42,242 nucleotides of DNA from Hydrurus foetidus (taxonomy: Eukaryota), in NCBI GenBank assembly GCA_900617105.1, contig UYFQ01000465.1:1-42242 (forward strand), given 5' to 3'. The notes under the pieces are model-generated. The model had not been told where the DNA came from. It ran no database searches and was given only the letters and a program-made list of their open reading frames with translations. The position numbers were made by a program, and so were the translations under genes. Of this stretch, positions 25,486-38,605 are shown piece after piece (within the stretch, counting starts at the first letter, position 1; each line of letters opens with the position of its first letter).

Positions 25486-25912
25486 CGTAAGAAACGGTCT
25501 AATTCAAAAGCCTGCAATCCGGCATCCGGCGACCCAAGTGAGGAGTGAGGAACGCTGGGGAAGGGAAGCAATCCCAATCTGCGACCAACATTTGGCTATC
25601 TTCGATTTCAGCCACAGAATAGGGATAGCATAACCAACGAGCAACATCCATAAGACTTCGACGGCTGTTTCGGGGCAGCTGTTTGAGTCGGTCGGGACTG
25701 ATCTTGTGCTGATTGCTCGCGAGCCCATAACTGTAGAATTTTATTTTGTTTTTCTTATCTTGAACTGGTCCACTATTTCCCATACCATCCGTTGCAAAGA
25801 ATCCGTTGCAAATAAATTGGAATCCGACAAAGTAGTAATGGCCTTGTTGAGGTCTGATATAGATCTGTTTTGAGCAGTACCTCTGGGCGCAGCAATATCG
25901 TTAAATTATACA

Positions 25913-28900
25913 ATGGATGAAGATGTACCGGACGAAAAGGTTTTTTACATAGGAAGTGACAATTGCGATGGCTACACAAGCGAAGAGCACTCATCACCTT
26001 ACAGCGGGGCTGGTGTTGACTATTCTGAGGAACCCGCTTCGAATATAGTGTTGAAGCAGTTACATGCCTTGCGTGTCACCCAGATGAAGCAGGGAGTTGA
26101 CCTGTCAGGCGTGACACGTACACAGTGGGGATTATCCAACCTGAAGTTCTGCCATCATATAATATTGAAGAAGAGCAGTTTAAGCGACATTCCCTGGATA
26201 TTCCAAGTCACAGTTTGTGCCAGTTGCTGTCCGTCCGAGGAACATTCACCTTTGTTATTAGGAGTATACGGCGATCAAGAATCCGCTCTTCTTGTGAACG
26301 ATGTTCATGAAATCCTAAACGGTGTGTAGAATTTTTTTGCTCACAGTCCTGTAGGAATCCCCACTGCACATAACTGAGTAACTTTACCGGGGTCGCGTCA
26401 TGATGAAACGTCCCTTCATCACATATTAGGTCGGTGCAACAAGCTCGCTGTTCTACGAAGAGAGGACGCGATGTTCTTCCATCATTTAACAGCAAGAGTA
26501 TTTGACGAGGCAGAGGGAGTGCTTCTGTCGCCTGGTATGATTTACAGCATCCACTTCAAATCATTATCAGACCGGCAAGTTGGCTGGATTAGCCACCGAC
26601 ATATTGTCATGAGTTGCAATTGCTCTGAGTCATTTGCCAAATTATTGCCCTTTACAAATCACGAATGCGATAATATCACAGATCACAATGACGATCACAA
26701 TGACATATGATTATGTTTGTGTGGACTACAGCCCAATCAAATCAGTCACCTACCGATCCGCTGTGACAGCACGTCTCAACTGATCATATTCATCTCCAAT
26801 ATTTGCCTCACTTCTTCACTCTCCTCCACTTTTCTTTTGATACAGAGCCGGTACTAAGCGTTCTTGAGAAAATTCGTATAAACTCATCAAAAACCGTATT
26901 GAATGCTACGGACTACGATGAGAAAAAACGGAAAAGAGCCTCCAGCATAGACATTTTGATAGAGTCGTCTTTGTATCTGTCGATGAATGCGAGAGAGAGC
27001 TTGCCGCAATCTGATGAAGAGACTGTCGGTGCAGCGGTTGATGTGGGTGATGTCCAGTGGAGAGGGGCAAGCGGAGATGAGAAACAGATTCAGAACGACC
27101 CTGGCCTGTACTCCAACAGCTCCAACTATCAAAACCATGCACCGTTCTCCATACAGACGTACCCATCACTACGGTCCCATTCTCCCACTGCTAGCGACGA
27201 GAGCCTGACTGCCACCAGCACGGAAAGCAGAAGTCTGACTATATCCGACAGTGACGCGGACTCCTCGGTGGTGGAAGACTCAATGAGCATCATGGTCACA
27301 GCCGCCACTGCCGCGCACAAAGCACTCACAGAGGCCCAGTCTCTTCCACCGCTCAGATCGAGAAGTGGGGACAATCTGCGACTAGCTATGAGCAACCTCC
27401 ACTCCTTCTCCACGACAGCTAGCTCCACTAGCTCGCATCTCGATATCGAGCTGGAACCCCTTCCCCGCACTAGGAGATCCAACCGACCTCGAGCATCGAC
27501 ATTTTCCGTGTCATCTACCTACAGCTACTCCAACTCCCAGTCTCTATTCGATGCGGAGGCGGAGAGGACGCCTTTAGGGATGATAACGTGGCTCGCCAGT
27601 CTGGAGGATGACGACTTCGTGGCCGCTAAAATGCTCGCTGAATTCGGTAATAAAGAAGGAATCAATCTAGATGACAATTACGGGGTTAAGAGTGAGAGCG
27701 GTTTCGACAGCGTGTATGACAACGAGTACAAGAGCGGCAGCAGCAGCGAAGAAATTCCCAAGTACCGGGGCACTCGAAGCAAAGACCTCATCATCAGTGC
27801 CTTTGGTAGTAGAGAGATTAGGCAGAGCAGCGATAGCATGGAGCCGCCAACACAAAGGAGGAGACGAGCGAACTCCGTGATAGAGGTACGTGACTAACTC
27901 CGTTGATGGCTTTCACTCTATTTCAATTTAGCCGTTCTCATTCCGTCTTGAATATGCCACTCTCGGCATGTGATTTCTTCTCATGCGCTTTTGCGATGCA
28001 TTCCATTCCATCGCATTTTCGCACAATCCACTAACTTTCAAAGAATTTCTTGCAGTAAAAAAAAAATGCCAATCCTCATGTGCTTCCAAAGTCTTCTTTT
28101 TCTTTCTCTAATTGACCATTTTTTTGATGTAAGGTTACTCGGCAAATGATAAATGGATCAGCTCTCAGCGATGAGGGCAACACTGATAGAGGAAATAGTG
28201 GCAGAATTCCTAGAACGTACAGAAAAGGTAAGTGCGTAATGTCAATAGTGCTTCTTGAAGAAGTTGCACTTTATGTTCACGTTCTTGTATGTATTTCCGT
28301 TTTTTGAATTGCTCACTACTGATATTATTCATCGTACATGCAATGCGTACATGCAACGAGTACGTTGTGGTGCTCTTGATAGACTGACAAATGACAATTG
28401 TGATGATTGTTCATGACATTTGCTGCTCGATCAGATCCCAACTGGGCCGTTGAAGGCAGGTCGAGAGGATATGTGGGTGCCTACTCCCCCGCTGAAAGGA
28501 GACGGAGAATCGAACGCTTTCTAGAGAAGAGACGACTTAGAGTGTGGCAGAAAAACGTGAAATACGATGTGCGCAAAAATTTTGCAGACAGCCGTATCAG
28601 AGTGAAGGGAAGATTCGTGAAGAAAGAGGACCAACTCGCCATCCAGGCCCTTGGGGTAACGATTTCACCCAAAGACAGAAATAGCGACTGCGACTCTGAA
28701 GCGGAGAAATCGTCAGGCACCAGCAGCAGCAGTGATGTCAAAAGTGTTCATATCGATGTGCTAGGAGAAGATGGAAAGAAAAGTGGCGAATCTGTCGGTG
28801 TAGATGAACACCGCGCCTCTCGGAATGTCCCGGTCCAAGGTCCCTCTTCTTCTGTTCTAGGCAGGAGCAGAACCAGAGCAGATTCTGACATACAGAAGAG

Positions 28901-28937
28901 AGGAAGAGCGGGCACTGATGCGTCCTCGACCTACTGA
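25913..28937 (+). CDS. CCT-domain protein, 5 exons (approx. 25913-26321, 26430-26534, 26845-27885, 28134-28227, 28434-28937)
   Basis: YSPAERRRRIERFLEKRRLRVWQKNVKYDVRKNFADSRIRVKGRFVK is a CCT motif. GT-AG joins keep the frame across all exons. Confidence 0.85.
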
Positions 28938-30473
28938 CAAGAGATGATGAGAGATAGACACCGAGGAAATACAGCGTCATCCATCTCATTTGAGTTCATT
29001 TCTTTTCATTTCGTGCAATTGACCGCTCTGCAGATAGATCGGATCCCTGGGATACATGCGACCTCACTCACTACGTAGGATAAAGAGAGAGAGAAAGAGC
29101 GAGAGAAAAATGAAGAGAGGGAAAGAGAGAGACAGCCTGACTACCGTTTCTTTCTTTTAACGGATATCACTGACTGACCCAACACGGAGAGCACACACCC
29201 ACCTCATCGCTCTCCTCCCCCTCTCTACGAATTGTACATCACATCACACTTACATACGCACTTCATTCCACCATACTTCACTCCACCCAGCTTGAACATT
29301 CGAACGGACAAGGCATTGAAAGATTATCAATCTTTCACCTATTTGGTTTTGCCCTCATGATAAATCAAGTCACTTCATCTTATACTATACTATACTATAC
29401 TACACTATAATATTTACTCACCGACACTTCAATACCATGCCATGCCGTGTAGTGGTTGGCGTGATTTGCACCACAGTCATCGCCTCTCCCACACAGCACC
29501 GCTATGACATCAGACATGATGACGTCATCATGAACTCTCCCCCCCATACCACACCAAACCACATCGTTCACTACACCTTCTCTCATTGTATCTCTCCACA
29601 CAATGCCATACACACTCTATCAACTACCCCACACTGTATTTCTCATCTTTTCTTTTTGGGGAACTCAGTACTTACTGATGGCGAACAGAATTGTGTCCGC
29701 CCAATTGTTGCAGTAGAGAAGATACTTGCCCTCACCATCCTAATTGATTAATTTCTCCTCATACAATTCTCTGATATTTATCCACTAAAATTAATCCGAT
29801 CTTTCTCTACTTCGTACACATTAACTCCGTCGTGTACTACTTCTCTGATTTGGTTTAATTTTCGTGTGACTAGTCTCACTGAGGCAGGGCTGTGCAGCAC
29901 TTTCACTCATTCAGTCTGATAGCAAATCACGCACACAAAAACGGAACCTCGTAGAGGAAGTCTATCGTAGACTGATTAGAAAATTTTAGAAGAGTATAAC
30001 CGGATGAAATCCAACGCAACTCGAGAAGTTAGAAAAGATCCAGGACTATGCAATTGAATAGAAATTTATAGAATAGAATGGAATAGAATAGATAGCATAA
30101 AATAAATCGACATCTCGAGGGCACTGAAGTCACTCGATAAAAATGAGATGAAGCTGCTGGCTGCATAAAAGAGAAAGAAGATATTACATCAATTTAGAAA
30201 AATTATTGAGAAAAGAACTATGAAAGTCGTCAGTGCGGTGTAGTGTGCTCTATCTGTCGCTGCATGCACTGAAACTGTACAGTAGTAACGTACAGTGCAT
30301 TGGTGCACGTACTGGTCGATGAGGGCCAATGCAGCAGCACTTAGAAGGACCGTGCTATAGTATATCACAATATCTTGCGGTGTCATCACAGAGTGCTGCC
30401 TGTCTGGTGTAGCTCTCCAGGCCCCTTCACTTCGCCACACTTCGCCTCGCCGCTCTACACGCTATGTTGAGTG

Positions 30474-32297
30474 TCACGTTACACCGTCCCTATCTGCCGT
30501 CGAAGCCTTACACACGAATGAACGCCTCATGGAAGAGGAGCCCGGGGAGTGTGACGCTTCACTATGCGATACGATACGATGCAGTGGCAGACCGATGGAA
30601 GCAACATCGCTTACTTGCTGCGCGACAGAAAAACATTGGAAAGAATGTTCCCCAGAATTTCAAGCAAATTTCCGTTGGCTTTCGATTGAGCATCGCGAGG
30701 ACCAATGCTCCTCGGAGCGGACGATGATGACGCTGACTTGTTCTGCCGTTCTATTTTAAGGGAGTCTAGTCTGTCGCTGTGAATATCTATCTCCACACCT
30801 CCGCTGCAGTACTCGGAGTTCCTCTGACTGTGAAACGGACTGACGCTCTCCAGAGGAGGATGTTCGGAAGGAGTTCTAGGGTCCACGTCAGGATCCGTCG
30901 TAAATCTCACACCGCCTTTACGCTTCTTCTTCTTTCCCTTCAACAATTCTTTCTGCCTCATTTTCTGCACCAAACTCATCTGTACTGTGTCCAAATCGAA
31001 ATTGAAACATTTGCTGGACTTTTCAGATGTCTTAGACTGAGTTTTTTTGTTCTTATCTTGAGTGTTTCCCTTGCTATTCGCAGTGTGTGTGACGCGGCTT
31101 GTCATCCTTGACTGACTCAAGTCGTCATCGTCATCGTCTGAACTGTCCTCACTGTCCGATGAGAGCGTACCATTTACTGTACTGCACGCCACACGCACTC
31201 TATGGTCAAGTAAAAATGACGTAGAAAGTGAATGGTGCCATGCGGCAGAACTGAGCTAGTAGCAAGATAGAGCAGAACAGGGTAGTGTAGTATTTTCAAA
31301 GCGTGGCGTAGTCAGATGTGATGTAGATAGGATGCAAGAAGCGACGAAGAATATGATGTCACCTCGCCACCGCGATTTCAGTCGAAGTCGCTCCTCTGTT
31401 GCGCATAGCTGATACTAGAGGTGGGTGGGTTGCTCTGTGATGGGTGTTGATCTTGGACGAATGGAACACAGAGTTGCACGGATCCTCCGATTGATGAAAG
31501 TCAACAGCTGCAGCTAGTGGATCGCGATTTAAGTCATACCCATGAGAGATCCCTCCGGTCAGTCTGGTAGCATCATGTTTGACATCCATTTCATCCCGGA
31601 AAAGTGCTGATTTTGTCTCAATCTCATCTTCATTATCTGTACTCTGCGTCCGCCAAGTATCCACTGAAGACACTTTCAATGGCTGCATGCCTTGACTGGT
31701 ATACCTACGTTGATTGTTGATTGCCATAAGGCCTGTTACCTCTGCGTCGAGATTTGCGTTGTGCAGTCCATTCTTAACAGAAGGTCCATCAGAAATTAAC
31801 TCATCGTCGCTGTTGCTGGCATCAACACTAGGAATTGCTGTCGCCTTTCTGAGCTTTCCAGATGACATAACTAAGGCCATGTTCAGAACCCCTTGACCCA
31901 TCCCAGGGAATATTCCCGCAGAGTCGATCTTTTCATCATCTCCATATTGCTGCCTGCGCTTTTCATCATTTTTGGTTGACGCTGATACAAATGAGATATT
32001 GCTGGCCAAAAGAGAAGTCAGCGACGATTTCTTCTCCTGTTTCGTTAGAGGTAGTTCTGCAGGCGTAAAGGCATCCGATGCCATAACCTTATGAGAATCG
32101 CGGTTCTGATCTGTTCCGTGTGTTCCGCTGTTCATGTTATCTGCGCCACCAGCACTGTAGAAATGCATGGGGCTAGTCCATGGGGACTCATAAGTCTGAT
32201 ATGACGACTCTGAGATAAGGTAACCAATATCAATCTCGAAGTCCTTGACACGGCTGGCGTAATTATAATCGCTCTTGCCATCGAAGGGGTCATACAT
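30474..32297 (-). CDS. Hypothetical low-complexity protein (~3 exons)
   Basis: 312-aa and 195-aa ORFs each end at GT donor-like sites, and there is a plausible short last exon. No recognisable domain. Confidence 0.6.
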
Positions 32298-32732
32298 TTT
32301 CGCGTCGTGGGTATTGAACTGACTGACCTCTCTGTTTTGAGGCGCTTAAGCCAGACAAAAATACCATTTCAGTTCATTGTTTTGATTTTTTCTTCAACAG
32401 ACACCAGATTCTGAGAGCTCTGATAGCATATCTTGCGAGAAAAGTGCCCCTAAGCCACTACACTTATACGAGCTGTTGTAACGGCATTCTTTAAGAGCAT
32501 GAAAAATCTTGACCGCGACAGAATCTAGACGCGATGATTTCCCGGCAGCTTCGTAGTTACTTCCCCATCTACTCGAGAAAGCACTTCGACCAGGACGCTC
32601 CTTTCCATTCTCAGGCAGGAGTGTTCAAATTTTATTCGAGGGGAGCTATGAATAATGACTGTATGGTGGGAAAGAGATTCGATAAAATTTCAAAAATCGA
32701 ATCTTCATTTATTTATATTTTTCATTTCAATA

Positions 32733-33224
32733 CCGTCGAGTGCCATATGTTTTGTTTTGAAAAAAAAGATTTCGGCAAATTGCCTTTTTTCGCTCTGAAA
32801 ATCACTGTTTTTTTGGGACAAATTACCGAAATTCTTGCAAATTTCACTGATTTCCGATAAAAAATGTTTCACGGAAAAAGCTATCTCAATCAGGAAGCAA
32901 TTTCATGCTTATCTGCTGTCATATTCGAATTCTCCGTAGTTTTTTTAGTCGAATGCCTCCTTCAGATATTTTTTGAAGCTCCTGCAGATTGAGAAATTTG
33001 ACGCCGGCGGTACCATGACTGAAACTTTCACTGCGATTTACACCATGATGCGCTTCACGGAGACCTAATGACTTCATATATTGAAAGGCTCGGAATTACC
33101 TCAGCTTTCTCAATTTTGAACCAAACACCACTTTGAAATGCAGTTGGCTCCGTAACTGCCAAAAATAGGGTCAAAATGGTGATTTTGGTGGAAAACGGAA
33201 AACAAAACATATGGCACTCGACGG
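32733..33224. mobile_element. Tc1/mariner-pogo-type MITE (492 bp, 26-bp TIRs, TA TSD)
   Basis: TA|CCGTCGAGTGCCATATGTTTTGTTTT ... AAAACAAAACATATGGCACTCGACGG|TA. Interior is non-coding. Confidence 0.9.
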
Positions 33225-34450
33225 TAGTATGGCGTGCCAAACGATTCAAAAAGAAATCTCCCCCTGGGATTTAAAAAATCCCCCCGGGATTTCCGTCTTC
33301 GAGAATTTTCTAATTTCTGAAAACTTCGAATTTGAAACCGTCAGGAAATCAAATGCTATCTGGGCACTGCTCACTACTTCTAGAATTTACAATCGCTGAA
33401 TGCGGTCTGGCTTGAAGATTCAAGCCGGCGGATCAAGTATCTGCAAGAGACACAGTGACGGGTGAGTGGCTGTGCTTCATGATGCATTTGATTAGTTTTG
33501 GGCTTTGTACCCTTTCAATTAAGCAACGTCACGGCATCTCATCCTATCTTCACGTACCATCCGAGGATACCAGGAACTTCAGTTGCTGAGGACTACAACG
33601 GATCTAGCGATCCTGTCGGTTTTCTATGGGGAAATTCTGACAAGAACCGGCTGTCAATTCATAAGGTTCTGATTTCGACGCATGATTCATGATGTCAATG
33701 CATCAAATCGCGTTAGCTCTGATCGATGATGTCGATTTTTCTCCGAACCTTTTATCTGACATTTCAATTTGTAACTTACGCTGCAGAGCTTCATTTTGCG
33801 ACGAAGACGTTGCCTGATCAAGATCTGGGGCACCGTCATCTGACGCCATATCATAGGTAGGCAAAAATCTTCTTACTATAAATGTAATGCTATGAAACTT
33901 CCTCTCTCCTATTGAGGACTCTAATTTGACACGCTAATTTCTAATATTAGGTTGGTGAATTACGGATTCTCTCCCATCGTGAATGACGATTCTCGTCGAC
34001 ATGCGATTGCATGATGTCCGCACTACATTGCGAATCTTGCATGCATCAACACGCTGTGCATGCAGATAGATTACTTTTTTTTGTCTAGATGCATACAGTC
34101 TTTAGCTATTCTCCTCAAATGAGTCATTCCTGCGGAGCTCTGATGACTTTTGATTAACCCAATTATATCATTTTACAGGGCAAACTCTTGCATTTTTTTT
34201 TCTTCGAATTTTTATTACTTCACGTCGACCTAATCATCATCATGTCTTGATGCCTACTTTCTAAAAGGTCAACTGCAAGAGGTGAAAAACGGACATTTAT
34301 TACAGAGGTAAAAAATATAACGGCCTCGGAAATCGACTTCAGAGACATCAAGATTTTCATAGGTAAATAAAATGATTCCAACTTAAAATTAAATCATCAT
34401 CTAATATAGTTAGCAAAAATCTAAAATATTTTTATCATCTAAAATATTGA

Positions 34451-36802
34451 ATGATGACGCAGATGAACCAGGTTATTGGTAGACCGAGAAGAGATATTGA
34501 AAAAGATGAGATAGACGTACTGAGAAGATCGGGCTTGAAGTGGACAGATATATCTAATTTATTAGGAATATCTAAAAGCTCTCTGAAGCGTTGGAGAGAT
34601 GATAACAACTATGAGGTACAATTTATATTTTGTTTTAATCATCATGAATTATAGTTTTATCAATTAGTGTACCATTAACCGATTTTATGAATATTTTATG
34701 CCTTAAAACAGGCAGCAAATTGCGACATCCACTTGGAAATATTAGACTCTGCCATAGAGGACTACACTGTCGGTCATCCGGAAAGAGGTGAAAGAATGAT
34801 AACAGGTATGGTAAGGGCAACACAAGGAAATACAGTAACGAGGTCTCAAAAAAGATCGTCAATATTGAGAGTAGACCAAGGCGGTCTTGAAAATCGGAGA
34901 GCTTTATTTTTCCGCCGAATAGTGAGGTAGGCACTAATTCTCTCAATCACTTACCTTGTGTTGCACTCACTCACCCACCAAGTGTTGTATTCTATCACTC
35001 ACTTGTGTTGTAATCACTCATGCATTCTCTCAATCACCCTGTAATGTGCTCATCTACTCACTCACTCAATATGTGTTGTGCTCATACTCCTAATCGATCA
35101 TACACTCACTCATCCACTCACTCACTCACTCACTCACTCACTCGCTCACTCACTCACTCACTCACTCACTAACTCCACTCCACTCCTCCTCCTCACTTAT
35201 CCCTCACTCCTCACCATGACTCACTCATCCTCTGACTCCTCTTCCTGATGACTGATGATGATGATGATGATTATGATGATCCTGATGATCATCTGATGAT
35301 CACTCACTGATGATTGTCATGATGATTCATCATCACTCACTGATCACTGATGATGATGATGACTGATGATGATGATATGATGTCACTGATGATGATCATG
35401 ATGATGATGATCATGATGATGATGAAATGAATGATGATATCATGATGATGAATGAATGAATGATGAATGAATGAATGAATCATGAAATGATGATCATCTT
35501 GAATTAATAAACGCCATGATGATCGATCATGAATCATGATGATGTATCTTATCATCATCATCGATGAATAAATACTCACTGATGCATCATCATTATCATC
35601 ATCTATGAACGATCAATATCCTTCATCATCATCATCTGAATCCATCAATCACTCAAATCACTCATCACTAAACCACAAATATCATCATCACTCATCATCA
35701 CTCATCATCATCATCATCATCATCACTCATCATCTTCCGTCCATCACTCATCACTCATCACTCACCACACTCCCTCATGTGGTGTTGTTTCTCACTCACT
35801 ACTTTTTTTCTAATTTTTGATAGACGTGTTTACAACGTTGCTGGCCCACATCACCTATGGCATCACGATGGACATCATAAGCTTATTCGTTACGGTATGG
35901 TAACTCATGGATGCGTCGATGGTTTCTCGCGAACAATAATTTACTTAGGTACAGCTACATTTAAACGTAAGCCTCACATTTTTGTATCAATTTCAATAAT
36001 CATAATCAAATATTTTTGCTTGTTGAAAGGTCTTGCAAATAACAATAAGAGCAGTGTTGTTCTGCAACTTTTTAAGGAAGGTGTCGAGCAGTACATGCTA
36101 CCTTCTAGAGTTCGAGGCGATATGGGTGGAGAAAATGTCCTAGTGGCTGACTTTATGATTCATCATAGAGGAGTAGGAAGAGGATCATACCTTACAGGCT
36201 CTTCAAGATTTAATACTAGGTACACAAGTGAGTCGTTTCAATATAGAAATTATTATCAGACGAACATGACTATCCCATCATTACATCATTAATCTATTTT
36301 TCATATTATTAATAGAATTGAGAGAATGTGGAGGGATGTGCGGGGGAAGGTAATACAATTCTATATGTCCTTGTTCGCATCTTATGAAAGGGAAGGCCTT
36401 AATATAAACAACCCCACTCACATTTTTACCCTACAGTACATGTTTATGCCTAGAATACAAGAAGACCTTAATGATTTTAAGGCATATTGGAATAATCATC
36501 CTTTACGAACAGAAAACAATAAAACACCAAACCAACTCATTCTGCTTAATAATGCAAAAATTAACTATGATGATCCTATAGATCTAATTAATTATGGAGT
36601 TGAGGAAGACGACAATTACATAGAAGAAAATAATGCTCAGGTTATGTGTGATGCAATAATATGTCCATTGAATGTAGATAACATATTCCTTTTAAGACAA
36701 ACAATCCCCCCTTTGTCTATGGCTGTACGCGATGCAGAATTATCTATCCGTTTTTACCAAGCTTTACAAATGGTTATGAATTTACTTACTAATCAAGCTT
36801 AG
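34451..36802 (+). CDS. HTH + integrase-core DDE transposase, 393 aa (exons 34451-34615, 34712-34926, 35824-35948, 36030-36219, 36316-36802)
   Basis: HTH: GRPRRDI..WTDISNLLGISKSSLKRW. DDE: LWHHDGHHKL, RVRGDMGGEN, NTRIERMWRDV. Also WNNHPLRTE. The spliced frame is open. Further 5' exons are possible. Confidence 0.9.
34950..35790. repeat. Compound degenerate microsatellite (ACTC)n/(GAT)n/(GAAT)n/(CAT)n in transposase intron 2
   Basis: Directly visible low-complexity tract inside intron 34927-35823. Confidence 0.92.
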
Positions 36803-37043
36803 TCATTTAAAGTGAACTGAATAAGTATATCGTTAACTTTTGCTCCGTGCGCACTAACTGATATAAAAAAACTGCATTTTCAAAACTTTTTATTTTCTTA
36901 TTTATCGGCAAATTATATGGAAAGTTTATGTAGTCTAGGAATGTGTGAGGTAGTAATTTTTTGAAACGACGCAGATGTGTATCTTCGGTGTGTGAAAGCG
37001 GAAAAAAATAGAATTAAGACATAGAATGCAACTTAAAATACTT

Positions 37044-38249
37044 TCAATTCTTATCATCAGTCATCTTTCTAGATTTGCTGTTGGAGCTGGATCTGGATCT
37101 GGAGTCAGGTGCGCTTGAATCTCTTTCATAGGAAGATACATAGGAAGATGTCTTGTAATCATTCGGATAGTGTGATGGATCTTCGGAGTCGCTATCCTCC
37201 GAGAAGGATCTCTTTCTAAATGAACAGCTGACACCATTATTTCCTGGTGTGGAATGCTTCACAGCCTCGTCCTCATCTGTTTCATACTTTAGCTTCTTGC
37301 TATCGAGAAAAGACTCATCGACTTCTTTAGCATAGTTTTCACCATCAGATGACGGTTCATCATCAATATCAATTGAAGTGACACCGTTTAACCTTGTACT
37401 AGAAAAGTGTGCTTTCTTCTCCTCTAGGTCTTTGGGATTCGGACTTATCACCAAGTAACGGGTCTGACAGATGGCAACCATCGAAGAGTCAGTTGGAAAG
37501 TTTCTTTTATGAAAACTGGTGGGTTTTAGCTTCCCGGTGAACTGCCTGGCGATGGTATAGAGGAAAAAGTTCTTCGACAGGAAAGCGCCAAAAACGGTAT
37601 TGGATTCAATGAAGTCCACAAACTGCTCCTCACTTGTGAACCTCTCACTTGCAAAGTAAGTGCCTTTCATCTTCATTGCATCAACGTCAACTGTGTCTAA
37701 TGGCATTCTGTCATGCTTGTCAGCAGCATCCACGAAAATGATGTCAACATGTGTGTTTTTCAACAATCTAGCTCTTTTCTCAGGAAGAACAGAAGACTTA
37801 CTGCTCACAGGTAAGGATTTGCAGGTCAGGATGGATGAAGCAGATTGCTTCCTTTCTATTTTGAATTCTGCAAATACGTCAAAATATGGAAATGACAAAT
37901 TAGATATATAAAATTTTAACTATTGTTACCCAGATGTAAAAATCAAAAAAAAAATTCACTCGATCATCAAACCTGAAACTTTTGGCTTTGATATCTCATC
38001 ACCAGTCACTTTAGACTTCGTGAAGAGTCGCTTTCTCTCACTCAGTTCAAGAGCGTCATGACTGACCACATTTTCCTTTGGTAGAATTTGGAGTCCTTTA
38101 ACAAGAACTTCTACCGCTACTATGATGTGTTCACTGATGTTGTGACCGCAAAAATCACACATCATCAATTCACTGTCGTTCTGGAATCGCTGACAGTTCT
38201 TGGCGCAGTGGCCAACCCTAACGCATTTGCCATGACGAAAGTCGTTCAT
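37044..38249 (-). CDS. Accessory protein of IS3EU-like element, 366 aa, N-terminal Cys/His finger (intron 37868-37972)
   Basis: CVRVGHCAKNCQRF..CDFCGHNISEH. A GT-AG intron joins ORF 37956-38249 to ORF 37044-37898 in frame. Lies inside the TIRs. Confidence 0.78.
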
Positions 38250-38605
38250 TTTTCTATGAAATGTGAGGGAACGTTGATATCTCAGATGTAGTAATTAGCG
38301 TGACACTTTGTTCATGATATTAGTATTGTTCAAGAAGAAGTCTAGGCAGAGCGGGTTCTCAAAATGGGCCCAGAAATTAGAAAATTCTCGAAGACGGAAA
38401 TCCCGGGGGGATTTTTTAAAAATCCCAGGGGGAGATTTCTTTTTGAATCGTTTGGCACGCCATAAATAGAGTGTTTGCGCAAACGGAAATATCCCGGATA
38501 TTTGGAATTCCGTCTTTTAGACTTTTCCGAGATTTCTGGGGGTAAAAGCCGTTTCAGTCATTTGGAAAAATCATCTTGCGCTTTCGGACATTTGATATAT
38601 CTGGA

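Larger units (their letters stand above)
33228..38464 (+). mobile_element. IS3EU-like DNA transposon (TATGG...CCATA termini, two convergent genes)
   Basis: TIRs 33228-33319 and 38371-38464 are identical except for one T-run length. They enclose an integrase-core DDE gene and a second gene. Superfamily assignment is from recalled TAY..RTA termini and transposase motifs. Confidence 0.85.

Noticed and set aside
33400..34450. Possible additional 5' exons or third gene of the IS3EU-like element
   Set aside because: I could not assemble a convincing open spliced frame by eye.
35337..35820. His/Ile/Ser-rich ORFs
   Set aside because: Translations of the intronic microsatellite.
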